DNA of 26,107 nucleotides from positions 1 through 26,107 of IMG/VR virus record IMGVR_UViG_3300004829_000007; one strand, written 5' to 3'. Shown here piece by piece: positions 24,743-26,107 of this stretch. The notes beneath the pieces are model-generated. The model did no database searches. It saw only the letters and a program-made list of their open reading frames with translations, and was not told the origin of the DNA. Numbering within the stretch: the stretch's first letter is position 1; every line of letters begins with the position of its first letter. The position numbers and the translations under genes were made by a program. Origin of the DNA: a virus (taxonomy: Duplodnaviria > Caudoviricetes).

Positions 24743-25044
24743 TGTACGAACTAAACAAAAAATACACTAACCGCTATGGTGACGAATACTGGTGGGAACA
24801 CGTAGAGAATGAAACCTATGAGTTCCGTATGACAGGTAACAGTATGAAGTATGGACGCAATATGGGCAGCTATGATGAAGAAAAGAAGATGATTACATCT
24901 CTTGTAGCCTTTGACCCAAGTGGTGGGCCTTACATTGCTATAGGTACTGAGTTAGATGGCGGTAAGATTATTAGTATCAGTCGTGGTATGGATGAAGATT
25001 CAATGTTAGTCGAAGTTGAGTATTACAAAGGAGAGCCGCAGTGA
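24739..25044 (+). CDS. Hypothetical phage protein (NRYGD...FDPSGGPYI motif)
   Basis: Start moved to ATG 24739 (ATGA overlap, RBS GGAG). Confidence 0.72.
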   Translation: MMYELNKKYTNRYGDEYWWEHVENETYEFRMTGNSMKYGRNMGSYDEEKKMITSLVAFDPSGGPYIAIGTELDGGKIISISRGMDEDSMLVEVEYYKGEPQ

Positions 25045-25703
25045 GCCAAATTAAAGTAGAATTAGTTAAATCATGTTGTGATGATTTGGATACAGTAGAC
25101 GCAGCACGAGTTAGTTTTGCTAACGAAAGCTGGTGGGACGAGCTAGGCAAGCTTAAAGAGTCAGACGCAAAACTGATTAAGTACCTCGCAGCTCACCGAC
25201 ATATGACACCATTTCGTCATAACTTCGTCAAACTTCGGGTAAAAGCTCCGATCTTCTTAGCACGACAGTTAGGTAAGCATCAGGCTGGCTTGAGTTGGAA
25301 TGAAGTTAGTCGTCGATATGTGAAAGATTCGCCAGCAATGTATCATCCTGATGATTGGCGTAAAGCACCAGAAGGAAGTATTAAGCAGGGTAGTGGGGGT
25401 ACTTTTTCTGAATCTGAAGACCTTGGTTTTAGAATGGACTATGTTGACCACATGAGATCCTCGCTTCAGTTGTACAAAGACTTTATGGATCGTGGAGTAG
25501 CCCCTGAAATGGCTCGTATGGTCTTACCGCAGTCTATGACGACTGAATGGATTTGGTCTGGTAACTTGTTAGCCTTTGCTCATGTATACAACGAACGTAT
25601 CGCAGCAGGTGCACAACAGGAAGCCCAAGACTTCGCTAAACAATTGAATGAAGCTATCAGTCACTTAGCACCTGTTAGCTGGGAGGCATTGACAAATGGG
25701 TAG
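25041..25703 (+). CDS. thyX: Flavin-dependent thymidylate synthase
   Basis: VDAARVSF, LIKYLAAHRHMTPFRH, APIFLARQLGKHQ..SWNEVSRRY (ThyX motif), GVAPEMARMVLPQS and AQQE. Confidence 0.95.
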   Translation: MSQIKVELVKSCCDDLDTVDAARVSFANESWWDELGKLKESDAKLIKYLAAHRHMTPFRHNFVKLRVKAPIFLARQLGKHQAGLSWNEVSRRYVKDSPAMYHPDDWRKAPEGSIKQGSGGTFSESEDLGFRMDYVDHMRSSLQLYKDFMDRGVAPEMARMVLPQSMTTEWIWSGNLLAFAHVYNERIAAGAQQEAQDFAKQLNEAISHLAPVSWEALTNG

Positions 25704-25950
25704 TGGTGTAGATAACCGAGACGATTGGAGTGAAGAACCTATCAAGAAAGAGATAGGTACTGAAGCACATTTCCTAGGAGTACCAGTAAGTGAACTTCAT
25801 ATGTATGCTTCACTTCCTAAAGAGGTACGTGAGGATTTCATTAAACGAGGTGTGGAGTACCACGAATTCCAGGAGTATTGCCGCCTAGCTAAGAAGTTTG
25901 AGGGTAAGGATACAGTGAGGTTTAGGAAAGATGAAACCAACGATAGTTAA
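25696..25950 (+). CDS. Hypothetical protein
   Basis: 84 aa, RBS GGGAGG, overlaps the end of thyX. Confidence 0.65.
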   Translation: MGSGVDNRDDWSEEPIKKEIGTEAHFLGVPVSELHMYASLPKEVREDFIKRGVEYHEFQEYCRLAKKFEGKDTVRFRKDETNDS

Positions 25951-26107
25951 CATATTTGGTGCTAGTTGGTGTATTTATTGTAAGAAAGCTATTGACTTAT
26001 GTAGTGAGAAAGGAGTAAACTACACATATCATGATATTGATAACGAGAGTGCATTAGATATTCTAATGAGTATCCAAGGCAATTTCACAAGCGTCCCTCA
26101 AATCTTT
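25931..26107 (+). CDS. Glutaredoxin / NrdH-like protein, 3'-truncated by the window edge (not in the ORF track)
   Basis: MKPTIVNIFGASWCIYCKKAIDL...FTSVPQIF: CxxC active site and cis-Pro motif SVPQIF. RBS AGGA. Confidence 0.9.
   Translation, partial: MKPTIVNIFGASWCIYCKKAIDLCSEKGVNYTYHDIDNESALDILMSIQGNFTSVPQIF

Noticed and set aside
74-25451. The many minus-strand and alternate-frame ORFs in the track (e.g. 220..636, 1383..1832, 6464..6865, 12005..12382)
   Set aside because: Almost all lie inside well-supported + strand genes and have no recognisable motifs. Those over the collagen genes are artefacts of the 9-nt periodicity.

Overview
A 26-kb segment of a T7-like podovirus (Autographiviridae-type structural module), with all real genes on the + strand. 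Bases 1-18271 are the late morphogenesis operon: scaffold (partial), major capsid, tail tubular proteins A and B, two collagen-like tail-fibre proteins, a fibre-associated small protein, a holin-like protein, three internal virion (ejectosome) proteins, and small and large terminase, with an atypical tRNA-His between the two terminase genes. Bases 18272-19420 are non-coding and contain hairpins, short repeats and the probable physical genome end, so the contig appears to run through the terminal repeat. Bases 19421-26107 are the early region, driven by sigma70-type promoters. It holds a CxxxCxxC (GP88/radical-SAM-like) protein, a very acidic protein, a C5-methyltransferase-like protein, many small hypothetical genes, a 229-bp gene duplication, thyX and a partial glutaredoxin. 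The best leads are the coupled radical-SAM-like/acidic/methyltransferase trio at the start of the early region, a pseudoknot-containing structured RNA between scaffold and capsid, the non-canonical tRNA-His, and a G-U-rich hairpin train downstream of terL. No phage RNA polymerase gene or convincing phage promoter consensus is visible in the window. All family assignments come from motif recognition and synteny, not database searches.
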